Shown here piece by piece: positions 49,187 through 59,000 of a stretch of 64,000 nt of DNA (position 1 is the stretch's first letter; the number at the start of each line of letters is the position of its first letter). Made by a program: the position numbers and the translations under genes. Origin of the DNA: Bacteroidota bacterium (GTDB lineage: Bacteria; Bacteroidota; Bacteroidia; Bacteroidales; GCA-2748055); assembly GCA_039714915.1 (NCBI GenBank), contig JBDLIM010000001.1, forward strand, positions 149,300 through 213,299. The letters are read 5' to 3'. Under the pieces are notes generated by a model. The model searched no databases. It had not been told where the DNA came from and worked only from the letters and a program-made list of their open reading frames with translations.

Positions 49187-51965
49187 AATTCCCAAGTTTA
49201 AAGTTCCAGGACAGTGTGATAATGGTCTGACCGAAGATGGAGAGCTTATATCCCTTTACTATGCCTTCTTCATTCTGAAAATAAACCGAATAGGCATTTT
49301 GTCTTCCGGTGACGTTATAGAAATTCAACATCCAGAAGCTGTGAAAGAGTTTCCTTTTTTTCAGGTTTCCTTCCAGGTTAATGGATATATCCAACCTGAA
49401 ATAGTCAGGAATCCGGTAGCTGTTCCGGTCCGAATAATCTATGTACTGCATTCCCTCCACATAGTAAATGGAAATGGGGTAAGTGACAGGCCTTCCCGTC
49501 ATATACACCACATTGGAAGAAAGGCTGAGACGACGGTTCAGTTTGAAACTGGAGACCACATTCAGACTGTGTGGCCGGTCATAATTGGAGGGGTAGCGAT
49601 TCCCTTCATTAATACTTTCACCAGGGAAGGGAGATACCACATGCATAAAGGACCTGGAATAACTGTAGGCCATCCATCCGCTTACCTTGCCTGCATTTTT
49701 CCTGATCATGGCTTCCACCCCGTAGGCTTCCTGATTTCCACGCAATGTGAGTGTTTCGATGTGTGGAGTACTGATGAAGTTAGCCCCATCCTTATAATCG
49801 ATCACATCTGAAATGGTCTTGTAATAGAGCTCTAATGAGGTGCTTACACTTCCTTTAGGAATATCCAGGTAATAACCCATGGAGTATTGATCTACAAAGG
49901 GGGGCTTCATGTGATAATCGCATAGCTTCCACTGGTCGGTGGGAGAAATGGCAATGGTATTGCTCATCATAAACATAAACTGCCTGACCCGGTTGTAGGA
50001 GAATTTCAGAGAATTATTGGGCCCCATCATTAAATTAAGAGCTGCACGGGGCTCCAGGCTCGTATAGGTGCTCGACACCTCGAATTTTTCAAAGCTGAGG
50101 GTATCCACCACATTGCCAGGGATTAAGGCTTGATTATCCCCATAGATCATTACTTCATCCGGACCAAGAGACTTATATCCCGCAAACCTGAGTCCCCCGT
50201 AAAGAGTTAACCATGGAAACAGCGAAATTTCGTCAGCGATGTAAACAGCACCCTCTGCTCCATACTCAATGCCAAGCTCAAGGGGAGCCCGAAGGGAGAG
50301 GTCTCCATATGGTTTTATGGTTCCCCGGTCCAGGTCATAAAAAATACCATTTGCACCATAAGTGATTTTGTGCTTCCCCAGTGACAACCAGCTTAAATCT
50401 GCCTTTAATTCATAATGGCTGATCCGGTAATCCTGGGTATAGGCCTCTGAAGCCACCTGCTGATCTGTGGTGCTGAATTGATATTCCCCAAATACAAGAC
50501 CCAGTTCACCATTCATCCTGGAACCAAACCTGCGCCGGATATTCAGGGAAGCACCCGCATTTGAGTATGCATAATCATTTGTTGTACCCAGGGAGAACTG
50601 ATCCTTACTCAAGTATCCGAAAGCCTTAATCAGTGTTTTTTCGCCGGTTTCCCAGGTTATGGCACCGGCCAGATCGTTGAATTTAGCCTGACTGTCCCTC
50701 AGGGTCGGATCCTCCAGTTGCTTCAGCATCCAGTCCGAATAGGTAGAACGTCCGCTAAGAATAATTGCGGCCTTATCCTTAACGATAGGCCCTTCCAGCG
50801 ACAGGTGGCCTGTAACAGGACTGATCCCTCCCCGGGCTGTATATTTATTCATGTTACCCTGACGGGTGGATATATCAAAGAATGATGCCAGCCTTCCGCC
50901 ATAGGAAGCAGGCAGGTTGCTCTTATACAGGGTGAAATCCTTAACAATATCGGGGCTGAAAGATGTAAAAAAACCAAAAAGGTGAGAACTGTTGTATACC
51001 GGAACCTTATTGATATAAATCATGTTCTGGTCGGCACCACTGCCCCTTACATTAAATCCGGCCGCTCCTTCTCCCACACTCTGCACACCGGGGAGCATCT
51101 GAACCACTTTCAACACATCCTTTTCCCCCATAAGCACCGGCACCTCCTTCAATACCTTGTAGTTCAAGCGGTCAAATCCCATTTGTGTTCCCCGTACATT
51201 GTGGTAACGGTTGGCATGAACCACCACTTCGGTAAGGGAGATCACACTTCTCTCAAGACCCATGGAAAGGTTAGCTCCTGACAGTACATCCATGTAACAT
51301 GTTTTTTCCTCCATGCCCATGCATTTAAACTCCGTAGTGTACTTGCCCGGAGGGACCACTATGCTGAAACGGCCGTCCATATCGGTGGCAGCACCCATGC
51401 GCAATTCTTCGAAATAAATGGTTGCTCCAATCAGGGGTTCATCCGATTCCACATCCGTCATCTTCCCGTGAATCACCACACTGGTCAGTCCCTCCCCTTT
51501 CCCGGCCGTACCTAAAGTGATTGTTTCAAGCGAACCGGCTTTTCGGCCGTCAATATACTTGCGTTCCGTACTTGTTAACCCAGCCAGCTCGTCCGGATCT
51601 GAGCTTAGAGGGTCCTCCTTAGCAGGTTCCGAATAGTCAGGCAAGCTTGCCACAAAGGGAGCCTGATCCGTTAAATATACCTGGTTCCCGTTTGCAATCA
51701 CATAGTTCAGCCCGGCGGGCAGCAAGGTCCGGTCCAGGGTCCTTCTGAGTGATATCTCTTCGCCCGGGGCTGTTACCCTGATCCCTTTGATCCACTTCTT
51801 AAGAAAATAAAATGATACTCCCGTTTGCTCTTCCACCTTTTCGACAAATTCCAGGAAAGGAACATCAATGAAATCTCCGCTTATCTGTAGATCGGAATCC
51901 TGGCCGGCCAGATCTGCCATCGTAGAAAGGCAAAGAAAGAGAGATATGAAAAACAGCCTGGTCAT
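49173..51965 (-). CDS. TonB-dependent receptor with carboxypeptidase-regulatory-like domain
   Basis: EPLIGATI, GEKDVLK..QMLPGV, FNVRG, YGGRL, YFRLD, YNVTGRQN; probable start ATG 51965. Confidence 0.9.
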   Translation of the reverse strand: MTRLFFISLFLCLSTMADLAGQDSDLQISGDFIDVPFLEFVEKVEEQTGVSFYFLKKWIKGIRVTAPGEEISLRRTLDRTLLPAGLNYVIANGNQVYLTDQAPFVASLPDYSEPAKEDPLSSDPDELAGLTSTERKYIDGRKAGSLETITLGTAGKGEGLTSVVIHGKMTDVESDEPLIGATIYFEELRMGAATDMDGRFSIVVPPGKYTTEFKCMGMEEKTCYMDVLSGANLSMGLERSVISLTEVVVHANRYHNVRGTQMGFDRLNYKVLKEVPVLMGEKDVLKVVQMLPGVQSVGEGAAGFNVRGSGADQNMIYINKVPVYNSSHLFGFFTSFSPDIVKDFTLYKSNLPASYGGRLASFFDISTRQGNMNKYTARGGISPVTGHLSLEGPIVKDKAAIILSGRSTYSDWMLKQLEDPTLRDSQAKFNDLAGAITWETGEKTLIKAFGYLSKDQFSLGTTNDYAYSNAGASLNIRRRFGSRMNGELGLVFGEYQFSTTDQQVASEAYTQDYRISHYELKADLSWLSLGKHKITYGANGIFYDLDRGTIKPYGDLSLRAPLELGIEYGAEGAVYIADEISLFPWLTLYGGLRFAGYKSLGPDEVMIYGDNQALIPGNVVDTLSFEKFEVSSTYTSLEPRAALNLMMGPNNSLKFSYNRVRQFMFMMSNTIAISPTDQWKLCDYHMKPPFVDQYSMGYYLDIPKGSVSTSLELYYKTISDVIDYKDGANFISTPHIETLTLRGNQEAYGVEAMIRKNAGKVSGWMAYSYSRSFMHVVSPFPGESINEGNRYPSNYDRPHSLNVVSSFKLNRRLSLSSNVVYMTGRPVTYPISIYYVEGMQYIDYSDRNSYRIPDYFRLDISINLEGNLKKRKLFHSFWMLNFYNVTGRQNAYSVYFQNEEGIVKGYKLSIFGQTIITLSWNFKLGNYASE

Positions 51966-52702
51966 AAATTGGCTTTCTCCTTCAGAAGATTGCACACAGC
52001 CTCTACATTCCGGATAATCTCATCTACCGATGCTGTGCGGAATTTAAACTGGTTTTTTGAAAGGAAGCGTTTGATTTCTTTGTGGTATTCTTCCGGAAAT
52101 AATCCTGAAAAGTCCTTTCTGCTGTGAAATGCATGGAGTTCTCCATTCAGATCAAGCCATAAGCTACGCTTCGCCGTACTGAACTGTTCAATATAAGTGA
52201 AGCTGCCGTTCAGGGGAAGCAAATCCTTCTTCCAAAGGATGTAACAGGTAAAACAATCGGTGCTCAGTACCTGGTAAAACTTCTCAGGACCATGTTCCAG
52301 CTCCAGTTTCCTGAACTGATACTTGCCAATGGTGAATGCATCGACGTTATCTGCCACAGTAATGATCTGGTTGTCTCCCCCTGAAAAATTCCTGTATTGC
52401 AGCTCCACATGCTGGGAATGAATATCGAATCTCAGGCCTAGCTCCTCATACACACGCCCTTCCAGGGTGAGGGAACCGGTCCGGTACCTTTCATCAAGAA
52501 AATAGGGATGGCCTTTGGTCCGGCTGTAGCGATTATAATACTGTTCCCCATTGATCAGTTCGTGGTTCAAACCATATTCCTTTCTGATCAGATTTGCATA
52601 GGCAACACGATCATCTGAGGAGGTCTGACCATAAGTGGGCAAACTAAAGAAAGTAAAGCATATGACAATTGCCGTGGCAATCTTCCGCATATAAAAAATC
52701 AT
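51962..52702 (-). CDS. Secreted hypothetical protein, first gene of the TBDR module
   Basis: Signal peptide, LINGEQY...GHPYF; ATGA overlap with the receptor gene. Confidence 0.7.
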   Translation of the reverse strand: MIFYMRKIATAIVICFTFFSLPTYGQTSSDDRVAYANLIRKEYGLNHELINGEQYYNRYSRTKGHPYFLDERYRTGSLTLEGRVYEELGLRFDIHSQHVELQYRNFSGGDNQIITVADNVDAFTIGKYQFRKLELEHGPEKFYQVLSTDCFTCYILWKKDLLPLNGSFTYIEQFSTAKRSLWLDLNGELHAFHSRKDFSGLFPEEYHKEIKRFLSKNQFKFRTASVDEIIRNVEAVCNLLKEKANL

Positions 52703-52736
52703 TTGCCAAAGGTTACATTCAGTTTCATTATGCTGT

Positions 52737-53369
52737 CTAGCGAAGTGAGTGCAGGTAATCAGCTACCTGTTGATGTCCCGCCTGCCGGGCAAAAGACTCC
52801 GCATCGTCCCCATCCACGTCCTTAAGAGAAAGGTCGGCTCCATATTCGACAAGCACCTTCACCACAGCGAGGTTACCTTCTGCAGCAGCATGCATCAGGG
52901 GTGAAAAATGTTCATCCGAATCCACTACATTGGGTTTTGCACCCTTATCCAGAAGGATCTTTACGGTTTCAGGGAAGGGTCCGGTGGAGGCGTACAGGAG
53001 GGCCGTGCGGCCCATCATATCCCGGCGATCGAGTGCTGCACCCTGATCCAGAAGCATAAGAACAACCTCCGAATGTCCGTTAAATGCAGCAAACATCAGT
53101 GCTGTGTGTCCATCCACATCAGGGGCATCCACCTTGGTGCCGGCTTCCAGCAGGCTTTTCACCTCTTCCTTCATTCCATCCAGGGCAGACTGCCTGAGCG
53201 CTTCCTCTGTCGCCGGCTCAGATGTGGTGGTCGCGGCCGGTGTAACTTGATCTTCCCGGTTTTCCTCTTTCCCTGCATCTGCTGAACCGGCAGGGGACCG
53301 CATGCATCCTGTTATCGCAAACAGGATAAGGGATAAGATTGTTATACTAAATAGTCTTATAATCTTCAT
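52737..53369 (-). CDS. Ankyrin-repeat lipoprotein
   Basis: Lipobox ITGC; GHTALMFAA, GRTALLYA and SPLMHAA repeats. Confidence 0.9.
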   Translation of the reverse strand: MKIIRLFSITILSLILFAITGCMRSPAGSADAGKEENREDQVTPAATTTSEPATEEALRQSALDGMKEEVKSLLEAGTKVDAPDVDGHTALMFAAFNGHSEVVLMLLDQGAALDRRDMMGRTALLYASTGPFPETVKILLDKGAKPNVVDSDEHFSPLMHAAAEGNLAVVKVLVEYGADLSLKDVDGDDAESFARQAGHQQVADYLHSLR

Positions 53370-53474
53370 AATTGCTGGGTTTACCGAGCAGGTGAAGGTA
53401 CAAAAGAATTTCATGGAAATTTGACCTGAACATGCAACTTTCCTTTGAGGAATTACTCTTTAAAAGAAAACAGA

Positions 53475-54089
53475 ATGATGAAAACAATTAAATTACTTAT
53501 TCTGATCCTTAGCACAGGGCTTCTGGCTACCTCATGTGACTGGCATCGAACAAGCAATGTCATAGGCAGTGGTGAAGTTGAATCCATGGAAGTAACAGTT
53601 CCCGAATTTACCGGAGTTAGCGTTATTGGTGAATGCAATGTGGATATTCTTACAGGAGAAACTCAGCGCTTAGAATTAAGCGCACAAGCTGAAATTCTTG
53701 ACGTGATGACCTATGAAGTACATAATAAGATCCTGCAGATCGGATTTAAGAAAGGATATAATGTAAACAGCACCCGGGAAATTTCAGCCGATATTATAAT
53801 ACCTGAAGTTTCCTACCTGGCTGTTACAGGAGCAGGAGATTTCCACCTTGAAGGTGCCAAACAGGAATACCTGCATATTTATATCACCGGAGCGGGGAAT
53901 GTATCGGCCTTCGACATGGAAGTGGATGATTGCCTGATCCAGATTACCGGTACCGGAAACTGCATGGTGAATGTAAACAAGAGCCTGGACGTTCAGGTTA
54001 GTGGAGTGGGGAATGTATTTTACAAGGGCAGCCCGACCATCTCTTCCGACATTAGCGGGGTGGGAAATGTCACAGCCGTACCTGACTAG
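53475..54089 (+). CDS. DUF2807 (GIN/auto-transporter adhesin head-like) lipoprotein
   Basis: Lipobox ATSC; repeated xTGAG/xSGVG beta-helix motifs, ending YKGSP. Confidence 0.85.
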   Translation: MMKTIKLLILILSTGLLATSCDWHRTSNVIGSGEVESMEVTVPEFTGVSVIGECNVDILTGETQRLELSAQAEILDVMTYEVHNKILQIGFKKGYNVNSTREISADIIIPEVSYLAVTGAGDFHLEGAKQEYLHIYITGAGNVSAFDMEVDDCLIQITGTGNCMVNVNKSLDVQVSGVGNVFYKGSPTISSDISGVGNVTAVPD

Positions 54090-54111
54090 AAGAGCTTTAA
54101 TTTTATCCTGA

Positions 54112-55497
54112 TCAGGCATCCAGGCATAAAGCCTGGTTGAGTGCAATGATGGCCTTCTTATAATCCTTTCTCCCAATCACAAATTGCATGTTCACCTGCA
54201 TCAGGGATTGGGAAACCGCTTCCACATTTATTCCGGCCTCGAACAGGGCTGTTGCTGCCATTGAAAGGGAACCCGGATAGGTAATGTTGGTACCCATGGC
54301 GCATACCATGGCTGCACTCTTAAAGGTGACTTTATGATAGAGTCCCCTGAGCTCCGTCACCAGCCCGTCCACCAGGTCCCGGTCCCAAATGACCATGGTG
54401 ATGCTGTTGGCGTTGGTGGCCTTCAGAATGTAGGAAATGTGGTAGCGCTGCATCACCTTCATCAGGTTCATATCATAGCCCACCTGTCCCACCATAAAGG
54501 GATCATGAACCTCCATGGCCGTCACCTTGTCAGTCCCTGAAATAATTTCCACCCTGGATACTTCTCCCCTGTAATCCTTGGAAATAAGTGTACCCGGATG
54601 ATCGGGTTCAAAGGTATTCTTGATTCGTATGTTAATCCCTGCTACTTCAAGGGGTTTGGATGCCTTGGGATGTATGGCCTCCATTCCGATATCAGCCAGC
54701 TGATCGGCCACATTGAAATTGGTGGCACCTACCGGTTTGGAGTTTTCCACACCTACCACAGCCGGATCGGCACTGGACAGGTGATACTCCTTGTGTATGA
54801 CCGCCTCGGAAGCTTTAACCTCTACTGCAATCTTGCTAAAGGTTACTTCCGAATATCCCCGGTCAAATTCCCTCATGATACCTTCTGTCCCCTTGGTATA
54901 CCCGGTGGCCACAGGTATGGAGGAAGAAAAGTCCAGACTCCTGAAAGCCTTTTTAATACGCTCATCGATGCTAAGGTATTCCGCATCATGGAATCCGCAT
55001 AAATCCACAAAGGTAGCATGGATGCCATTATTCTGCAGGATATTGACCGAATTAAAGGCCGAGTGTGCTTCCCCGATGGAAGCCAGGATCTCCCTGGCTG
55101 CCAGCAGAATATTCTGCTTGTTCACATAGCCCGATGCCAGCACTTCTTCCAGGCTCACCAGGTAATTTTTGCACTGCTCCACCCTGTCCCGGATAAACGC
55201 ATCGGCCACGTCCAGGTCAAGCCTGATCCCTTCCAGCTGATGATTAATAAGGATCAGTTTCTCAAGCAGGTCCTGAAGAGCCGACTGATAATCCAGATTC
55301 TTAACAAATAAATCATAAACCCCGGGTTCGCCGCTCTTTTTATGCTCCAGCAACCAGTTGGTCACATTGTTGTAAGCCGATACAACAAAAATGCGCTTGT
55401 AATAGTCCCCTTCCCTGGCCTGCCCCATAATAATGTTTTGTAGTACATCTTCAAATTTGGACATGGAGGTGCCGCCTATCTTATGAACTGAAAGCAT
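54112..55497 (-). CDS. ask: Aspartate kinase, ectoine-cluster (Ask_Ect)-like
   Basis: HKIGGTSMS, FVVSAY..VTNWLLEHKKSGEPGVY, FDRGYSEVTFSKIA, HKEYHLSSADP, QVNMQFVI. Confidence 0.85.
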   Translation of the reverse strand: MLSVHKIGGTSMSKFEDVLQNIIMGQAREGDYYKRIFVVSAYNNVTNWLLEHKKSGEPGVYDLFVKNLDYQSALQDLLEKLILINHQLEGIRLDLDVADAFIRDRVEQCKNYLVSLEEVLASGYVNKQNILLAAREILASIGEAHSAFNSVNILQNNGIHATFVDLCGFHDAEYLSIDERIKKAFRSLDFSSSIPVATGYTKGTEGIMREFDRGYSEVTFSKIAVEVKASEAVIHKEYHLSSADPAVVGVENSKPVGATNFNVADQLADIGMEAIHPKASKPLEVAGINIRIKNTFEPDHPGTLISKDYRGEVSRVEIISGTDKVTAMEVHDPFMVGQVGYDMNLMKVMQRYHISYILKATNANSITMVIWDRDLVDGLVTELRGLYHKVTFKSAAMVCAMGTNITYPGSLSMAATALFEAGINVEAVSQSLMQVNMQFVIGRKDYKKAIIALNQALCLDA

Positions 55498-55523
55498 TTC
55501 ATCTGGTTTTATTAACAGTCTGG

Positions 55524-55531
55524 CAAAAATA
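55524..55531 (-). promoter_or_regulatory. Bacteroidota -7 promoter element (TATTTTTG) before ask
   Basis: TAnnTTTG about 27 bp upstream of the start. Confidence 0.45.
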
Positions 55532-55611
55532 ATACATTAAATATGAAGACCTAACATAAGAACCTTATCTTACCAGGAAAGTTCTAACTTTATAACAAGC
55601 ACATCGTTCCT

Positions 55612-56280
55612 ATGCAGCATCCACAAGGCCATTTCATAAAGACATCGGGAATCCTTCTGGCAGTTTCCAGTATCATGCTGCTTGCGATCTCCTGTCTCAA
55701 AGAAATGCCCGAAACGCTACCGGATAAACTGGAATGGAATCCTGAATTCGCCCTCCCCCTGGGAGATGACAGCTTTGGTTTGAATGCAGAAAGCGGATTC
55801 GACACCAGCCTGCTGGAATATGATACCATATCCGGTCTGCCAGGCTGGGTAGAGGAGGATACCATAGTCCTGGAAGGAATCATGGATTTTGGCATGTCTT
55901 CCATTCTTGAGAACCAGGAAGATATCAACCGGATCTTATTAAGGATCAATATTTACAACGGGTTTCCGCATGAGGTGTATAGCCAGGCTTATTTCAGGGA
56001 TGCGGGAATGAATATTCTTGATTCGCTGTTCGAGAAAGGCCCTGTTACAAGCGGACCAGGGAGAATAAGAGAAGACGGATCTTTAAGAAACTACGGGTAT
56101 GTAAGGAAAGATGCCCTTTTTGATAAGGAAAGGCTGCTTGCCTTGCAAAATTCGAATGCCATGTTTTTCAAAGCAGGGTTCTATGTGTCTGATGTGGACT
56201 CTACCCTGATTCCCTATTATCGTCATTTTGAATATGTGGTCGATGTGGGGGCCATGGTGGAATTAAAAACTGAGTATTGA
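55612..56280 (+). CDS. Hypothetical lipoprotein
   Basis: Lipobox AISC; WNPEFALPL; coupled to the downstream barrel protein. Confidence 0.7.
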   Translation: MQHPQGHFIKTSGILLAVSSIMLLAISCLKEMPETLPDKLEWNPEFALPLGDDSFGLNAESGFDTSLLEYDTISGLPGWVEEDTIVLEGIMDFGMSSILENQEDINRILLRINIYNGFPHEVYSQAYFRDAGMNILDSLFEKGPVTSGPGRIREDGSLRNYGYVRKDALFDKERLLALQNSNAMFFKAGFYVSDVDSTLIPYYRHFEYVVDVGAMVELKTEY

Positions 56281-57752
56281 TAACCTGTTTCTGTCACCGG
56301 ACCAGAGAAGCATTTTCCACAATGCTTTTAATCCTTGGATTAACGGCATTCGGACAGCAGAGCAATACACTCTACCTTTTACACGACATTCCCCAATCGA
56401 ACCTGATGAATCCTGCGGTTCAACTGGAATGCAAATGGTTTGTGGGGATCCCTGTACTCTCCTCCGTTCACGCCTCCTACAGCAATACTGCATTTACATA
56501 CCATGATCTGGCCAATGGAGAATACTGGGATCTGGAACAGGTCCTGGATCAGATGCACCGCGTAGATCTCTTTGGGGGTGAAAGCATGTTGCAAGCTGTC
56601 TCGGTGGGCTACAAACACAAGTCCTACTACTTTAGCTTCCATATTTCAGAAAGGGCTTACATGTATCAAAGAATACCCAGATCTTCTGCAGAACTGGTAA
56701 TCAGGGGGAACAGCTCCTATGTGGGGGAAACTGCCCGGTTCAATGCATTCAGGTCTTCGGGATACTACAACAGGGAATATGCATTTGGCGTATCTAAGGC
56801 AGTGGATCAATTTTTTACCCTGGGACTGAGAGCCAAACTCCTTTTTGGGAAAGCCAATGTTTCAACCGGCCGCTCAAATATGAACCTGATCACCGGTCCC
56901 AACACCTTTGAGTTGCAGATGGAAGGAGATTACACCCTGAATAGTTCCCTGCCCATAACCATCGTCCAGGACCCTGACGGAGATATCACCAACATCCTGC
57001 TGGATGAGATAAATTATGCCGAGTTGCTGATGAACAGGCGCAATCCCGGCATATCCTTTGACCTGGGGGTCATCTACAGCTACGATGAAAAACTTACACT
57101 CTCAGCCAGTCTCCTGGACCTGGGCATAATGAGATGGTCCACCCAGCTGAATAAGGTATCTGCCTCAGGTGTTTTTAATTATGATGAACTCGATACGGGA
57201 ACCACAACTGTTTCCTGGGATTTTTTTAATGAATTTATGGATTCGGTATATAATTCTTTCGACATCACTGTAAGCCAGGAACCCTATGTGTCCTTTCTGC
57301 CGGCTCAGCTTTTCCTGGGAGCAAACTACCAGCTCAATGATAAGCTGTCCCTGGGTACAGTAAACAGAAATGTACTTTTCAGGGGAAAGCTGCATTCATC
57401 ACTTACGTTTCAGGCCACCACTCAGCTCGCAGATAAATTTCTGGCCACTCTGAGCTGGTCCTACCTGAACCACAGCATCAAGAACCTGGGTGCCGGGATT
57501 GCTTATTACGGGAAGGGACTGCAATTCCACCTGGTCACCGACAATTTTCTGGGCTTCTTCTACCCTTTCGATACGCGTACCATAAATCTGCGTATGGGGG
57601 TGAATCTAATGCTTGGTTGCCCCAGGGATAAAAAATCGAAATTGCAGAACGAATCCTATGGAAGAATGCCCGGGGGAGGTAAGTGCTCATGGACCGAACG
57701 CCCCGGAAAACGTGACAGGAAGATGCACAGGGCCGCAAGAAAGCAAAATTAA
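56277..57752 (+). CDS. DUF5723-family outer-membrane beta-barrel protein
   Basis: QQSNTLY...PQSNLMNPA, GISFDLG, SASLLDLG..RW; start position uncertain. Confidence 0.75.
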   Translation: MITCFCHRTREAFSTMLLILGLTAFGQQSNTLYLLHDIPQSNLMNPAVQLECKWFVGIPVLSSVHASYSNTAFTYHDLANGEYWDLEQVLDQMHRVDLFGGESMLQAVSVGYKHKSYYFSFHISERAYMYQRIPRSSAELVIRGNSSYVGETARFNAFRSSGYYNREYAFGVSKAVDQFFTLGLRAKLLFGKANVSTGRSNMNLITGPNTFELQMEGDYTLNSSLPITIVQDPDGDITNILLDEINYAELLMNRRNPGISFDLGVIYSYDEKLTLSASLLDLGIMRWSTQLNKVSASGVFNYDELDTGTTTVSWDFFNEFMDSVYNSFDITVSQEPYVSFLPAQLFLGANYQLNDKLSLGTVNRNVLFRGKLHSSLTFQATTQLADKFLATLSWSYLNHSIKNLGAGIAYYGKGLQFHLVTDNFLGFFYPFDTRTINLRMGVNLMLGCPRDKKSKLQNESYGRMPGGGKCSWTERPGKRDRKMHRAARKQN

Positions 57753-58819
57753 CGACAGCTTGTTTGTAAACCTGAACGGATGAAGCCCGGTCTGGAGGCA
57801 CTGTCAAAATAAGCTTCCAGGTATCTAATCATTTCCTTCTTATGTTTTGGAGCCAGGTAGGGGAAATCCTCCACCAGTTCCAGGATCTCATCCCTGTGGC
57901 TCTGGATGTGATCGATGGCTTTCTGAAACTCCTGGTCCTCCCTGCAGGGACCCAGGTAATAACGTTGCCGTACTGAGGATATGCCCAGGTTTTCACCAGG
58001 TACGGCGTAGTGTGAATTCACAATTCCCGAATAGTCAAAATCATAGGGTACCGGTGTATATCCTTTAGATCCATAGTCTGGCAGGCCAAGAATTTTCATG
58101 TTATGCCTTCCGACAATGGAATAGTCCGAATTTCCAATCATATAAAGAAAAAGGGCAGCCACATCCATCTGTTCGGTGCGCATAAAATGCATGGATAGCT
58201 CATCCTTTTTAATGGCTATGCCCCCGTTGCGCTCGGCCAGCATCTCCTCCGGTTCAATCAGGAAGGCCCAGTTTTCGGTGACCTTGTTTTTCCTGCCCGT
58301 ATCAATGTAGGTCATATGAATGAGCCTAACCCTGAAGCTCACCGGGGAAAGCATGTTATAGATCTTATAGGCCAGGTATTCCTTTAACACATATTCCGAA
58401 TAGGCCTTCCCCCCTTTGCATTGGGTAACCACCTTCATCTTCTTTACATCCTGAAGGTGCTCATTGGTCACATTTGCCTTCCTGATATTTAACCAGAATG
58501 GAGCAAAAGTACAATATTCCCGCCTGAATTTTCCCCTGGCTTTAATCCTCATCGACTTCTCGATACGCACAGAATCACCAAACTCATAGAGAAAATGGAC
58601 CGGTATGTATTCCCCCTCAAACTTTTCACGCTGGTAGGTTTTCAAATCGAGTGTCAGAGTGATCTCCATGGGACGGGGATCCTCAAAAATATCCAGGGTA
58701 GTGGAAATGGTATGAATGATCAGGGAGTCACTCTTCTCCTGGGCCGAAAGCCAGAACTGAAAGATTGTACTTAAAACCAATGCCAGAATCAGTTTTTTGC
58801 CTTGTAAATGTTTCATCAT
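57749..58819 (-). CDS. Secreted hypothetical protein, CotH-kinase-like motifs
   Basis: Signal peptide, RGKFR, LKEYLAYKIYN, MIGNSD..HN, PYDFD. Confidence 0.6.
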   Translation of the reverse strand: MMKHLQGKKLILALVLSTIFQFWLSAQEKSDSLIIHTISTTLDIFEDPRPMEITLTLDLKTYQREKFEGEYIPVHFLYEFGDSVRIEKSMRIKARGKFRREYCTFAPFWLNIRKANVTNEHLQDVKKMKVVTQCKGGKAYSEYVLKEYLAYKIYNMLSPVSFRVRLIHMTYIDTGRKNKVTENWAFLIEPEEMLAERNGGIAIKKDELSMHFMRTEQMDVAALFLYMIGNSDYSIVGRHNMKILGLPDYGSKGYTPVPYDFDYSGIVNSHYAVPGENLGISSVRQRYYLGPCREDQEFQKAIDHIQSHRDEILELVEDFPYLAPKHKKEMIRYLEAYFDSASRPGFIRSGLQTSCR

Positions 58820-58967
58820 TCTGTTACATCAGATTGTTTGCTCAAAAATAGGCAATATCTAACTATAATTTTATACCATCTTCCGGATAGATTCATTTTA
58901 CCCCGGATTCGCGTTAAATTGTCATATTTAGCAGGGCTTTTCTTATCAGATTGTAGCAGAAGTTTCT

Positions 58968-58975
58968 TACATTTG
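58968..58975 (+). promoter_or_regulatory. Bacteroidota -7 promoter element (TACATTTG) for the leu operon
   Basis: TAnnTTTG about 25 bp upstream of the leuC GTG. Confidence 0.55.
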
Positions 58976-59000
58976 CCGCTTACATAAAAGTACAATAAAC

